From contig CANLYR010000022.1 of NCBI GenBank assembly GCA_947495425.1, positions 360 to 64,359 on the forward strand: a stretch of DNA of 64,000 bases. Reading direction: 5' to 3'. This DNA comes from an uncultured Aquimarina sp. GTDB taxonomy: Bacteria > Bacteroidota > Bacteroidia > Flavobacteriales > Flavobacteriaceae. Shown here in pieces: positions 1 through 8,460 of the stretch; position 1 is the stretch's first letter; each line of letters starts with the position of its first letter. Made by a program: the position numbers and the translations under genes. The notes beneath the pieces were generated by a model. It was not told the DNA's origin, did not search any database, and was given only the letters and a program-made list of their open reading frames with translations.

Positions 1-144
1 AATAAAGACATTGTAAAGCTCGTTGGGATCTATTAATATCCTTTTTTCGACTATTTCTGGTAATCAAGAGTTACTTTGGATTAGTATTAGAAGGTTTTAC
101 CATCACCTATAAAATATAGTACAAGTCTGTATCATCAGGGGTTT

Positions 145-660
145 TTATATTTCATTTTCACGTAAATCCTTTGCCAAACTTGCCATTTTTAGTTTTCGAT
201 TTCGTATTACGTATTGCAAATCAGATGGATTATCAATCATAAGCTGACGGTTGTAGTAGTTTATGTGTTCGAGTATAGCAAAAGTATTCGCCAAAACACT
301 GTAAAGCATGATTCTATTTGGGATAATTTTCCAGTCATTAAGGAACAATTGAATCGTAAATACTACAGGTATTAGTATTATTAAAAACAGGTTGACTTTT
401 TTTGAATATTTGAAAAATCTTAAGTTCTTTTCTTGATCTACTGGTGTATTAGTCAATCTATTCAACTTCAATTTCCAATAGTGTTGTCCTTGGATCAAAA
501 TTAGTATACATACTAAAAGACCATACAATAAGAATAAAACATCCTCAACTGGATTTTGCGTCATCATATATATTGCAATACATGGAAATGTAACAAAAGC
601 ATGAAATCTTTCTAATGGGTAATAGCTTTTTAATCTTTTAATCAGTTTTTGTTTACTCAT
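145..660 (-). CDS. hypothetical multi-pass membrane protein
   Basis: 171-aa ORF with several hydrophobic stretches (FPCIAIYMM, LLYGLLVCILILI, LFLIILIPVVFTIQLFL). No family recognised. Confidence 0.5.
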   Translation of the reverse strand: MSKQKLIKRLKSYYPLERFHAFVTFPCIAIYMMTQNPVEDVLFLLYGLLVCILILIQGQHYWKLKLNRLTNTPVDQEKNLRFFKYSKKVNLFLIILIPVVFTIQLFLNDWKIIPNRIMLYSVLANTFAILEHINYYNRQLMIDNPSDLQYVIRNRKLKMASLAKDLRENEI

Positions 661-942
661 GTTTATTGTAACTATATAATGGCTTAAATTTTACTAAGAG
701 ACAAAAGAAAAATTTTAACGGACTTAAAATATACATATTGAAAGTTGCATACAAATAAGCTCAAAACTTTACCCTTTGGTGCAGCTTATAAAATTATGAA
801 AAAGTTTGATGAATTAGGTCCTTATCTGTATTACCTTATGTGTTCTTTGTGTGTAGTTTTATCGTAATTTGGTGTTAAAGGTTTTTGTATACTATCGTAT
901 ACTTTTGACAAATTGAGAATGTCGTTTCGGCACATTTTTAGA

Positions 943-975
943 TGAAAAATTGACAATAATTCTGAAAAATTGACA
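943..975 (+). promoter_or_regulatory. two exact copies of TGAAAAATTGACA, 20 bp apart, upstream of the hsp20 gene
   Basis: Copies at 943-955 and 963-975. A third TTGACA lies at 905-910. All are 140-200 nt upstream of the hsp20 ATG. Confidence 0.25.
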
Positions 976-1111
976 GCACAATGTTTATTTATAAGAAAAT
1001 TTTTACAAAATGTATAGTCGATTCATTTTGGTATTTTTTTTGTTTTATTGAAGTTGAAATCAAATAAAGATTTCAAATTTGAAATTATGTTTAATTTAAA
1101 ATTTTGTAATT

Positions 1112-1588
1112 ATGAGCAATTTAGTTAGTGTTCCTAAAAGCGGAAGTTTAGCGAACAGTAATTCAAATCAAAACTTCCCAACTTTGTCTAATTGGTTAGA
1201 TGATATATTCAATCGAGACCTACCATCAGTATTTACATCAAATTTTAATACTGGAATTACTTTACCAAAAGTAAATATAAAAGAAACAGCCGATACTTTT
1301 GTGGTAGAAATGGCAGTTCCAGGTTTGAAAAAATCAGATTTCCATATTGACATTGATAATCAAGTATTATCAATTTCTACAGAGTCAAAAGAAGAAAATG
1401 AGCATGAGGAAGAAAATTATACTCGTAGAGAATTTGGTTACTCTTCGTTCAAAAGAACCTTTACGCTGCCTGAAAGTGTAAATGATGAAAAAATTAAGGC
1501 GAACTACAACGAAGGTATATTAAGTATTCTTTTACCAAAAAAAGAAGAGGCTAAACAAAAGCCAGTCAGAAGTATCAAGATTTCATAA
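1112..1588 (+). CDS. Hsp20/alpha-crystallin family small heat-shock protein
   Basis: Alpha-crystallin domain pattern: VNIKETADTFVVEMAVPGLKKSDFHIDIDNQVLSIS, REFGYSSFKRTFTLPESV, KANYNEGILSILLPK. Confidence 0.9.
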   Translation: MSNLVSVPKSGSLANSNSNQNFPTLSNWLDDIFNRDLPSVFTSNFNTGITLPKVNIKETADTFVVEMAVPGLKKSDFHIDIDNQVLSISTESKEENEHEEENYTRREFGYSSFKRTFTLPESVNDEKIKANYNEGILSILLPKKEEAKQKPVRSIKIS

Positions 1589-1624
1589 TTGATTTACTAA
1601 TTTTTAGATTGAAGTATATGGACG

Positions 1625-1645
1625 GGGATCGAGAAATCGATCTCC
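1625..1645 (+). terminator. possible weak terminator hairpin after hsp20
   Basis: GGGATCGA-GAAA-TCGATCTCC stem with one bulge. The downstream T tract is poor. Confidence 0.3.
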
Positions 1646-1690
1646 TCTATACTACTCTACTCATATTTATTCTCTTAAAATTCTAATCGT

Positions 1691-1951
1691 ATGCCAAGAA
1701 CGTTTAAATCTGGAGATTGGGTAAAAATTAGAGGAAAACTTACCGCTCCCAAAATGCAAGTTATTAAATAGGTCCCTAAAAAAAACAAGAAACTGGGCTT
1801 GACCTATTATGATACGTATTTAGAATGCGTTTGGTATAAAGATGGTGAACGAAAATTAGAGGTATTCCACCAAAATAAATTGATTAAAATGATAGAAACT
1901 GGTGATTTGTTCAAAACATTTTTTACAAACCCTAAATTAAGTTTAACTTAA
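1691..1951 (+). pseudogene. DUF2158/YodC-like small protein gene interrupted by an in-frame TAG at 1769-1771
   Basis: Hand translation gives MPRTFKSGDWVKIRGKLTAPKMQVIK*VPKKNKKLGLTYYDTYLECVWYKDGERKLEVFHQNKLIKM...; both halves are in one frame. The GDxVxh..g.PxMxV ... CxW...g......F pattern resembles the DUF2158 family. It is absent from the ORF track because each half is under 60 aa. Confidence 0.45.
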
Positions 1952-1959
1952 AATCTAAA

Positions 1960-2460
1960 GTGATGAAAAACTATTTTTTAGTATGTATGATTGGCGTGTT
2001 AAGTTTTGGTTGCAACGATCAAAAGAATGACGCAAAAAAAACTGAAACAAAAGAAAGTGAAGAAAATATAGTTGAACGACCTAAAGGTTCCTGGAAGGTT
2101 GATAAAGAATTTGATGACAACGGAAACTTAATCCGATATGACAGTATCTATTCTTGGTCATCAAATGGTGAATTAGATACTCTTTCTACTTTAGATAGAG
2201 ATAGTTTGTTACAATCTTTCAAATCGAGATTCTATACAAATTTTTCAAATTTTGAAGACAGAGGATTTGATGATGTTTTTTCTAAAGATTCACTTTTTAG
2301 TAATTATTACTTCAATGACGATTTTTTTGGAAGTGATTTCGGAAAGGATTTCATGGATCTCGACAAAATAACTCAACAAATGATAGCACGGCAGCAGAGA
2401 TTTTTAGAAAGATATCAGTCAGAGTTCAGTTTACAGCCTCAACCTAAAAACGAAAACTAG
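1960..2460 (+). CDS. hypothetical lipoprotein
   Basis: Signal peptide plus lipobox (LSFGC), followed by an acidic, F/D-rich mature part. The ATG at 1963 is the more likely start. Confidence 0.6.
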   Translation: MMKNYFLVCMIGVLSFGCNDQKNDAKKTETKESEENIVERPKGSWKVDKEFDDNGNLIRYDSIYSWSSNGELDTLSTLDRDSLLQSFKSRFYTNFSNFEDRGFDDVFSKDSLFSNYYFNDDFFGSDFGKDFMDLDKITQQMIARQQRFLERYQSEFSLQPQPKNEN

Positions 2461-2478
2461 ATAGTTTTCGTTTTTTTC
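2446..2478 (+). terminator. rho-independent terminator
   Basis: AAAAACGAAAAC / GTTTTCGTTTTT 12-bp stem with a 6-nt loop that runs into a T tract. It overlaps the stop codon of the lipoprotein gene. Confidence 0.6.
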
Positions 2479-2527
2479 TGAATCGGTTGTTCTTGCATTA
2501 CATGCACGATCAAAATAAGATATGGTC

Positions 2528-3100
2528 TCAATCTACTTTATTTTTAGCTATATTTTTTCGGTCACACCAATACCAGATGGCATCTTCGCTCCCAACTTCA
2601 TAGGGAGCAATTTTATCGAATTTCATTCCGATTTTTTCCATTATTCTGATCGATGCTTTATTTTCTTTCATTGCAATGGCAATTATCTTTTTTAATTTGA
2701 GTGTATCAAATCCATACGTTAAAATTGCTTCAGCAGCCTCTGTTGCGATACCAGATCCCCAATATTCGGGTAAAAATCTATACCCAAGATCAATTTCATT
2801 AAATTCTGGTAGGTATGCCAAACCCGCCCAGCCTGTAAATTGCATGCCCTGCTTTAAAATAACGGCCCACCTGCCAAACCCATACTTCTTGTAGTTGCTA
2901 ATTCTTATCCGTATTGCATTTTCTATTTCTTCAATAGATGCAACGACAGGTTCTCCGGTATACTTTTGCACTTCTGGATTAGAGTACAGCGCAAAGAGTT
3001 CCTCTTTGTCATCCAAAGTGATCTCTCTTAACCATAGTCTTTCTGTTTCTAATACGTTTTTCAATGTAATATTTGTGATGGTGTACATGATTAATTGCAT
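2528..3100 (-). CDS. GNAT family N-acetyltransferase (RimJ/RimL-like)
   Basis: LETERLWLREITLDD start typical of the RimJ/RimL group, and an acetyl-CoA-binding region (EYWGSGIATEAAEAILTYGF). The start is probably MYTITN at 3088. Confidence 0.85.
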   Translation of the reverse strand: MQLIMYTITNITLKNVLETERLWLREITLDDKEELFALYSNPEVQKYTGEPVVASIEEIENAIRIRISNYKKYGFGRWAVILKQGMQFTGWAGLAYLPEFNEIDLGYRFLPEYWGSGIATEAAEAILTYGFDTLKLKKIIAIAMKENKASIRIMEKIGMKFDKIAPYEVGSEDAIWYWCDRKNIAKNKVD

Positions 3101-3419
3101 GTCATTAGCAGCTAATTTAGGAAATACAAACCTAACAAGAAGTCTGCGATAACATTTATAAGTAAAACAATAACAGTAAGCAATACTTATATGTGAATTT
3201 TAGTTGCCATTATTTTATTTCTAAAAGAAATAGTGTCTAGCCTTTCGAATCTTCTAACCAGTTCTCTCCTATTTGTATTAATCATTTCTTTAAACCTGCA
3301 TCGAAATCATATCAACATTACGATTCTAAGAACCAGTACTTAATTAAAAGTTAAACTATTGATAGAGCACACATTGCTACAAATTTAAATGTAGTTTCAG
3401 AGTATAAATACCATATATT

Positions 3420-3623
3420 ATGTCAAAAATTCATTTATTTCGCATAAGTTTATTTTGTGGTATTGTTTCTTTACTGTTTTCCTGTTCTAATGATGAATTG
3501 GATCTTCTACAAGAGACAAATAGTATCAAAAACACAGCTATCACAAATAATTCTCCGGATCTCGACGCAGACCTACAGGCGATAGTTCTTTATTTCAAGA
3601 AATTAACACCATTACTACGCTGA
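3420..3623 (+). CDS. small hypothetical lipoprotein
   Basis: 67-aa ORF with a signal peptide and lipobox (LLFSC). It sits 1 nt before the next ORF. Confidence 0.4.
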   Translation: MSKIHLFRISLFCGIVSLLFSCSNDELDLLQETNSIKNTAITNNSPDLDADLQAIVLYFKKLTPLLR

Positions 3624-3624
3624 T

Positions 3625-4137
3625 ATGAATCTAATTTTTTCAAAAGCTCTAATGTATTTAATTCCTTTTGTTTTTATTTTAATTTCCTGTAAAAATTCCC
3701 ATAAAAAGCCTATGCATTATAAAGGAAATGACGATTTAGATACCACGGTAAGTAATAAAGGTGAAACAGCATCTAAAGAACATGTAGGCAATGATTCCGT
3801 TTCCCTTTCATTACACCCAAACACAATACACAACAATTTCGTTGATTCCTTAGCATTAAAAGTGCATAACAATACCAATGATACCATATTTTACGGTGAT
3901 CGATTTTACATTGACAAATATTCTGATCATGAATGGAAAAGTGTAAAGGCTTTCGACACCTTATTCTACAATGACATTGGTTATTATGGTTTTCCAATGA
4001 CAGAAAACGAACATCCGATAAGTTTAAATCATGTAGACTATATATTTAAAAAAGGAGCATATCGGATTCGAAAGAAAATTTCCATAAAAGGCATAAAAAC
4101 AAAAAAGACGTACTATGTCGCTTTCGAAATAAGATAA
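3625..4137 (+). CDS. hypothetical lipoprotein
   Basis: Signal peptide plus lipobox (ILISC). No family recognised. Confidence 0.5.
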   Translation: MNLIFSKALMYLIPFVFILISCKNSHKKPMHYKGNDDLDTTVSNKGETASKEHVGNDSVSLSLHPNTIHNNFVDSLALKVHNNTNDTIFYGDRFYIDKYSDHEWKSVKAFDTLFYNDIGYYGFPMTENEHPISLNHVDYIFKKGAYRIRKKISIKGIKTKKTYYVAFEIR

Positions 4138-4178
4138 TGGTAAAGATGTACTTTTCACAGGGAATTAGGCTCTGATAC

Positions 4179-4259
4179 AAATCCGTACTTCTTATAGTCA
4201 CTACTTCTTATTCGTATTGCATTTTCTATTTCTTCAATAGATGCAACGACAGGTACTCC
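4179..4259 (-). pseudogene. fragment of a GNAT paralogue (remnant)
   Basis: An ~81-bp stretch is about 89% identical by eye to 2876-2957 inside the GNAT gene, with a 42-bp perfect core at 4213-4254 = 2910-2951. The minus-strand translation is ..WGVPVVASIEEIENAIRIRSSDYKKYGFVSEPNSL*. There is no full-length ORF. Confidence 0.55.
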
Positions 4260-4409
4260 CCATTTATTACGCTTAAGCTCAATTTGATGTGGCTTAGCAT
4301 AAAATATTTTTATAGTTTGATTCCTGCAAATGCCTTTTTTTCTAGCGGAAGATTAAATCGATATCATGAATCTGTATTCAATGTATTTTAGTCAAAATTG
4401 TAATAGAAA

Positions 4410-5693
4410 CTAAACAATGCCTAACACAGATGATAATGCAGATGCTAAACCTAAAAAACTTAAAAACCCACAAATATCTGTTACTGTAGTCAAGATAATT
4501 GAAGATGATGTTGCCGGGTCTTGTCCAATAGCTTTTAAACCAATTGGGATAACAGCACCAGAAAATCCGGCAATAACCATTGAAAGTATCATAGAGATCC
4601 CTATAACCACAGCAATACCTATTGAGTCTGCCCAGAAAAAAACGACTATCCCTGTAGTAATTGCCACTGCTACCCCATTAATAAAGCCTACCATAAGTTC
4701 TTTTTTGGCAACACGTAACCATTGCCCTATCCTGATTTCTTTTAAGGCCAAGCCTCGAATAGTAACAGCCAATGCTTGAGAACCTGTATTACCTGATTGA
4801 CCAGCAACAACCGGTAGAAATATAGCTAAAATCGTAATTTTTGCAATGGTATCTTCAAAAAAACCGACAACCATTGAAGCCAGAAAAGCGGTAACTAAGT
4901 TAATTTGAAGCCAAGGCAAACGTTTGCGTACCGCAAATGATGTTTTAGAAAGTGCATGCTCTTCCTTTCCTGCACCAAACATCGTTTGCAAATCACCACT
5001 TGCTTCTTCCCGAGAAACCGATAAGACCATATCGTTCCTTATAATACCGAGCAAATGGTTGTGTATATCAACCACCGGAATTTGTAAAAGAGAGTGGGCC
5101 TCGATACTATTTAGAATTTCTTCTCTAGTAGCCATCGACTGTACGCTATGCGCTTGATACATAAGCACCCCCATCTGTTCATCAGGTTTGGCAATTGCGA
5201 TATAATTTACAGGAACTCTACCAACAAGTTTTTGTTCTTCATCTATGATGTAAACGGTTATGATTCTTTTATCGCCCAGTTTACGTAGTTTTGTGAGTAT
5301 CGTTTCAACGGTGTTGTCTTTGGTACCAGTTAGTACATTGGTTTCCATAAGAAATCCCGCTGTATTTTCATCGTAATCCAAGAAGTCTTTAATTTCCCGT
5401 GATATAATTTTAGGAAGAAGTTCGAGTTTTATATCTACGGAATTTCGGTTCAATCTTGAAAGAATTCTTGCTGCCTTATGCGTATCCGCTTTTGAGAAAA
5501 TTTTTTTAAATAAATCATCACTCATCATCGGGAAAACATCAATGATAACATGCGTAGAAAATTCAAAAAACACGTTCTGAGCATTTTCTTTAGTCGCTGT
5601 ATCTAGAAATGATATTATCTCGTCATGACTCGTATCTTCCAAGCTAGAGGCAATCTCTTTTGAAGTTTGTATAGAAAATTTATTATTCAACAT
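4410..5693 (-). CDS. mgtE: magnesium transporter MgtE
   Basis: N-domain, tandem CBS region (VYIIDEEQKLVGRVP, IPVVDIHNHLLGIIRNDMV) and a C-terminal 5-TM domain with the TTVTDICGFLSFLGLA motif. Confidence 0.9.
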   Translation of the reverse strand: MLNNKFSIQTSKEIASSLEDTSHDEIISFLDTATKENAQNVFFEFSTHVIIDVFPMMSDDLFKKIFSKADTHKAARILSRLNRNSVDIKLELLPKIISREIKDFLDYDENTAGFLMETNVLTGTKDNTVETILTKLRKLGDKRIITVYIIDEEQKLVGRVPVNYIAIAKPDEQMGVLMYQAHSVQSMATREEILNSIEAHSLLQIPVVDIHNHLLGIIRNDMVLSVSREEASGDLQTMFGAGKEEHALSKTSFAVRKRLPWLQINLVTAFLASMVVGFFEDTIAKITILAIFLPVVAGQSGNTGSQALAVTIRGLALKEIRIGQWLRVAKKELMVGFINGVAVAITTGIVVFFWADSIGIAVVIGISMILSMVIAGFSGAVIPIGLKAIGQDPATSSSIILTTVTDICGFLSFLGLASALSSVLGIV

Positions 5694-5695
5694 AC

Positions 5696-6247
5696 CTATG
5701 AAGTTTCTTGATTAATGGTCGTAAGACTGTTCTCCTTTTCAGCCGTAAATGAATTGATTTTACGAATGGTTTTGATTATAAAAACATTGTTGGGTAAGGT
5801 TATTTCGTCGTCTGAGTCTGCCAATTTAATTTTAGTGAAAAATAATCCAATATTTATCACCTCTCCTCTTATCTCATAATCTTTGGTTTCCATCATTGAG
5901 ATCGTATCTCCAATTTTTACAGAATGACCAAAAAATATAATGATGCTTGACGTAATATTGGATAAAAGCGACCATTGTGCAAAGAATGCCACACCAACAA
6001 TCGTTAATATAGACCCTATAAAAACAGCCAATTCCGATTGTTTTACACCCCATATGACCATCAGTAAAACCAGACTTATCAATAGTAGAATAAAGTTGAT
6101 CGCTCTTCTGATAAGCTGTGTTCTGGATTTTTGAACCACCTTATCTATTATCGATTTACTAATAAGTTGATTTAGCACTATTCTGATAATTATGAATAGC
6201 GCAAGAACGACAATTGATTCTATAATTTTAGAGTAGTATATTTCCAT
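5696..6247 (-). CDS. small MscS-family mechanosensitive channel-like protein
   Basis: Three TM helices, then an MscS beta-domain-like segment (VKIGDTISMMETKDYEIRGEVINIGLFFTKIKLADSDDEITLPNNVF). Ends 3 nt before the mgtE start. Confidence 0.7.
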   Translation of the reverse strand: MEIYYSKIIESIVVLALFIIIRIVLNQLISKSIIDKVVQKSRTQLIRRAINFILLLISLVLLMVIWGVKQSELAVFIGSILTIVGVAFFAQWSLLSNITSSIIIFFGHSVKIGDTISMMETKDYEIRGEVINIGLFFTKIKLADSDDEITLPNNVFIIKTIRKINSFTAEKENSLTTINQETS

Positions 6248-6531
6248 ACAGCTTATTTTTCATTATTTTGATTGGAAGGTCTAATTACAGTAAATTATTT
6301 TACATCTCAATCATAAATTTTAATTTTTAGCGCTATGCTTTTTAACTTGTGTACATCGCCAAATAGGCGAGCATACCTAAACCAATCGATGTATCCCTGA
6401 ATCGCTGGCAGGCAGGTGCGCATTTTTATTTCTTGATCAATTTATAAAAATCTGGCGTTACTGCAAAAGGAAATGATCTTTTGATTTTGCACTAAACTTT
6501 GCTCTGATTTCATAGGATGTTATGCACTGAA

Positions 6532-7404
6532 CTATTCATACTTTTTTTTAAATTGTCCACTTAAATGTAAATGATCTGTATATAGAGTTCCTCTTAAATA
6601 GTTAATTTCATTGTCAATTTTTGAAAAATCTGTTTTATTTCCAACTTCTTCTTTAAGGAAATCCATACAAAATCCAACTCCATCAGTTATATGAAATAAA
6701 GCTATGAACATATTACCAAATACATCGTTGATGTCTGAATTCGCGTAAATAATTGAGGCTGTTCCAAAATGGTCATATTTGGAATAAATATCATAAAGTG
6801 TAAATACAGTCAAATAATCAATTCCTTGAGTGTATTTAGCAAATTGGTCTAGCCTCTTTCTTATAGTAGCAGGATTAATATCATCTTTTCTTTTATAGAT
6901 TAGAGATTCCGAAGGTTTACTATAATTTAAAAGCTTGTTTTTATCAAAAAACTTGTTAAAATTAGTATAGATAACATTAACAAATTCGCAAAACTTTTCA
7001 TGGTCGTAACCTAAAGTCTGTTTATCTTTTTCGGAAACTGTCAATAGTCTTCTTACTTGTTCAGATAATAACTTATCATACTCTTTATCATAACTTGTTT
7101 TTTCGTTTTTAACTCCTGCCCTTTTTTCAACATAAAAGGTCCTTAGATATAAAATAGTTAAGTAGTCTAAAAGGCTTGATCTTAAAATTATTGCAATAGA
7201 ATATGAACGAAAGGCGTTTTCCTTATCAAGCCCTTCCACGAGAATGTTGATAGATTCAAAACAACTAATATATCTATTAAAAAGATTTTCATAAACATTG
7301 AAAGTTCTATGGTTTTCTTTAGCAATTTTTAAACCATCTTCCAAAATAACTTTAAGATGAATCTTCATTTTAAAAAGTTTATTTTGATTTAATTCTGAAA
7401 GCAT
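6532..7404 (-). CDS. hypothetical all-helical protein (possible HEPN-like R-x6-H near the C terminus)
   Basis: 290-aa ORF with no TM segments. It has the C-terminal motif YLRGTLYTDHLH. No family confidently recognised. Confidence 0.5.
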   Translation of the reverse strand: MLSELNQNKLFKMKIHLKVILEDGLKIAKENHRTFNVYENLFNRYISCFESINILVEGLDKENAFRSYSIAIILRSSLLDYLTILYLRTFYVEKRAGVKNEKTSYDKEYDKLLSEQVRRLLTVSEKDKQTLGYDHEKFCEFVNVIYTNFNKFFDKNKLLNYSKPSESLIYKRKDDINPATIRKRLDQFAKYTQGIDYLTVFTLYDIYSKYDHFGTASIIYANSDINDVFGNMFIALFHITDGVGFCMDFLKEEVGNKTDFSKIDNEINYLRGTLYTDHLHLSGQFKKKYE

Positions 7405-7558
7405 TGTTTAAAAAATTAATATTTGTGTATAGAGTCTTTTTAACTTTGTGTATGACGGTTTGGCTATGCGCAGTGTCCCGAAGTGCATTACGTATAGACG
7501 TTGTTGCGCGTTCGTGCTTTCATTTCTTTTTAATTTTCCATGTTCTCCTGTTCGATGG

Positions 7559-8131
7559 CTATAATCCATTTACCTTAAATATTAAGACACATAGTGCTTT
7601 ATCAAATCTGTGATAGATTTTCTCTTCTTCTTTCTTGTCGAGAATTGTGTACCTAAAGTCTTTTTTCTGAAAGTCACCTCCTGTTACCATTTTACGATAT
7701 TGAAAACGACAACTCTTTATCTCCTCAAAATCATCTTTGAACTTATTCTTTCCGCAATGATAAGATAGAGTAACAATTGTATCAAGTTCGTTAGAGATTG
7801 TTGTGAATAGACTTATAAGTTGGTAGGTATTTGCAGAAGAAACGGTTTGTTTTTGAACACACTCAGCAACGGTATGATTTACAGTTTGAATTGTTCCTTG
7901 CAAGGCCTCAATTTTTCGAATAATCACATCTTTCTCACTTCTCTTGTTATGCATATTTCGTTCAAGAAAAATCGGGATATAGACCGCAAGGAAGATTGTT
8001 ACAACCAAAGTTGCCAAACCAACGACATCAATTTTGTCTTCAAATGAAAAGAGGGGGTAATAATGCTGCAATCCCATTCCGATTACAACACCTACAAGTA
8101 CCAATATGACTCCAATAATGTAACGCATCAT
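7559..8131 (-). CDS. hypothetical membrane protein with two N-terminal TM helices and a cytoplasmic helical domain
   Basis: TM1 is IIGVILVLVGVVIGMGL and TM2 is VGLATLVVTIFLAVYIPIFL. Its start overlaps the upstream stop in ATGA (8128-8131). Confidence 0.6.
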   Translation of the reverse strand: MMRYIIGVILVLVGVVIGMGLQHYYPLFSFEDKIDVVGLATLVVTIFLAVYIPIFLERNMHNKRSEKDVIIRKIEALQGTIQTVNHTVAECVQKQTVSSANTYQLISLFTTISNELDTIVTLSYHCGKNKFKDDFEEIKSCRFQYRKMVTGGDFQKKDFRYTILDKKEEEKIYHRFDKALCVLIFKVNGL

Positions 8132-8460
8132 TTGTCATTGGCTTCTCTAATGTATTCAATGATGTCTTCTTCAAGGAATGGATCGTCATCTGATTTGAAA
8201 TCCAAGTTGTCCAAAACGATTTTTGATTCCTTGTACTCTCTTGTAAGACCACCAAAAGCTGCTTCCAAAAATGAAGTAGCATAGCCAGCTGTCCCATCAA
8301 GGTCTATGAACAATTTTTTCTTTTTCGAAAGAGCTTGCTTGAATTTTGGCAGAAGAATCCTTTCCAAAAACTCTTCGCCTGGGAAATCGCCTTCGATTTC
8401 CTCACGTACACCAGGAATGGTGGTGTAGTCGTCTGCTATTTTAATAATTAACTTGTCCAT
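8128..8460 (-). CDS. STAS-like (DUF4325-like) domain protein
   Basis: KLFIDLDGTAGYATSFLEAAFGGL matches the h-h-D-h-x-G-h..h.SSFh-E-hF core of STAS-like DUF4325 proteins. The ATG at 8460 is preferred over the TTG at 8484 used in the track. Confidence 0.7.
   Translation of the reverse strand: MDKLIIKIADDYTTIPGVREEIEGDFPGEEFLERILLPKFKQALSKKKKLFIDLDGTAGYATSFLEAAFGGLTREYKESKIVLDNLDFKSDDDPFLEEDIIEYIREANDK

Noticed and set aside
4417-4779. Antisense 'shadow' ORFs inside long genes, including 1168..1353, 2676..3152, 3773..3997, 4417..5157, 5940..6134, 8587..9465, 10219..10533, 18127..19291, 20673..21107, 23960..24415, 28121..28390, 33385..33654, 34589..34819, 35502..35795, 45239..46106, 46548..47468, 49690..49971, 54282..54536, 56055..56258, 61146..61445 and 61882..62172
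   Set aside because: Each lies entirely within, and opposite to, a well-supported gene with recognisable family motifs. Their sequences are low-complexity mirror images typical of non-coding frames.
6340-6430. Possible M-box (Mg2+) riboswitch upstream of mscS-mgtE, because the minus strand reads GGTTTAGGTATGCTCGCC, reminiscent of GTTAGGTGAGGCTCC
   Set aside because: Only one short segment resembles the consensus. The other conserved blocks are absent or in the wrong order relative to it, so it is more likely REP-like debris (it contains CCTGCCTG).
8040-8300. ORFs 8040..8300(-) and 8063..8284(+) overlapping the STAS and TM genes
   Set aside because: These are alternative frames of the better-supported, translationally coupled 8128..8460 and 7559..8131 genes.
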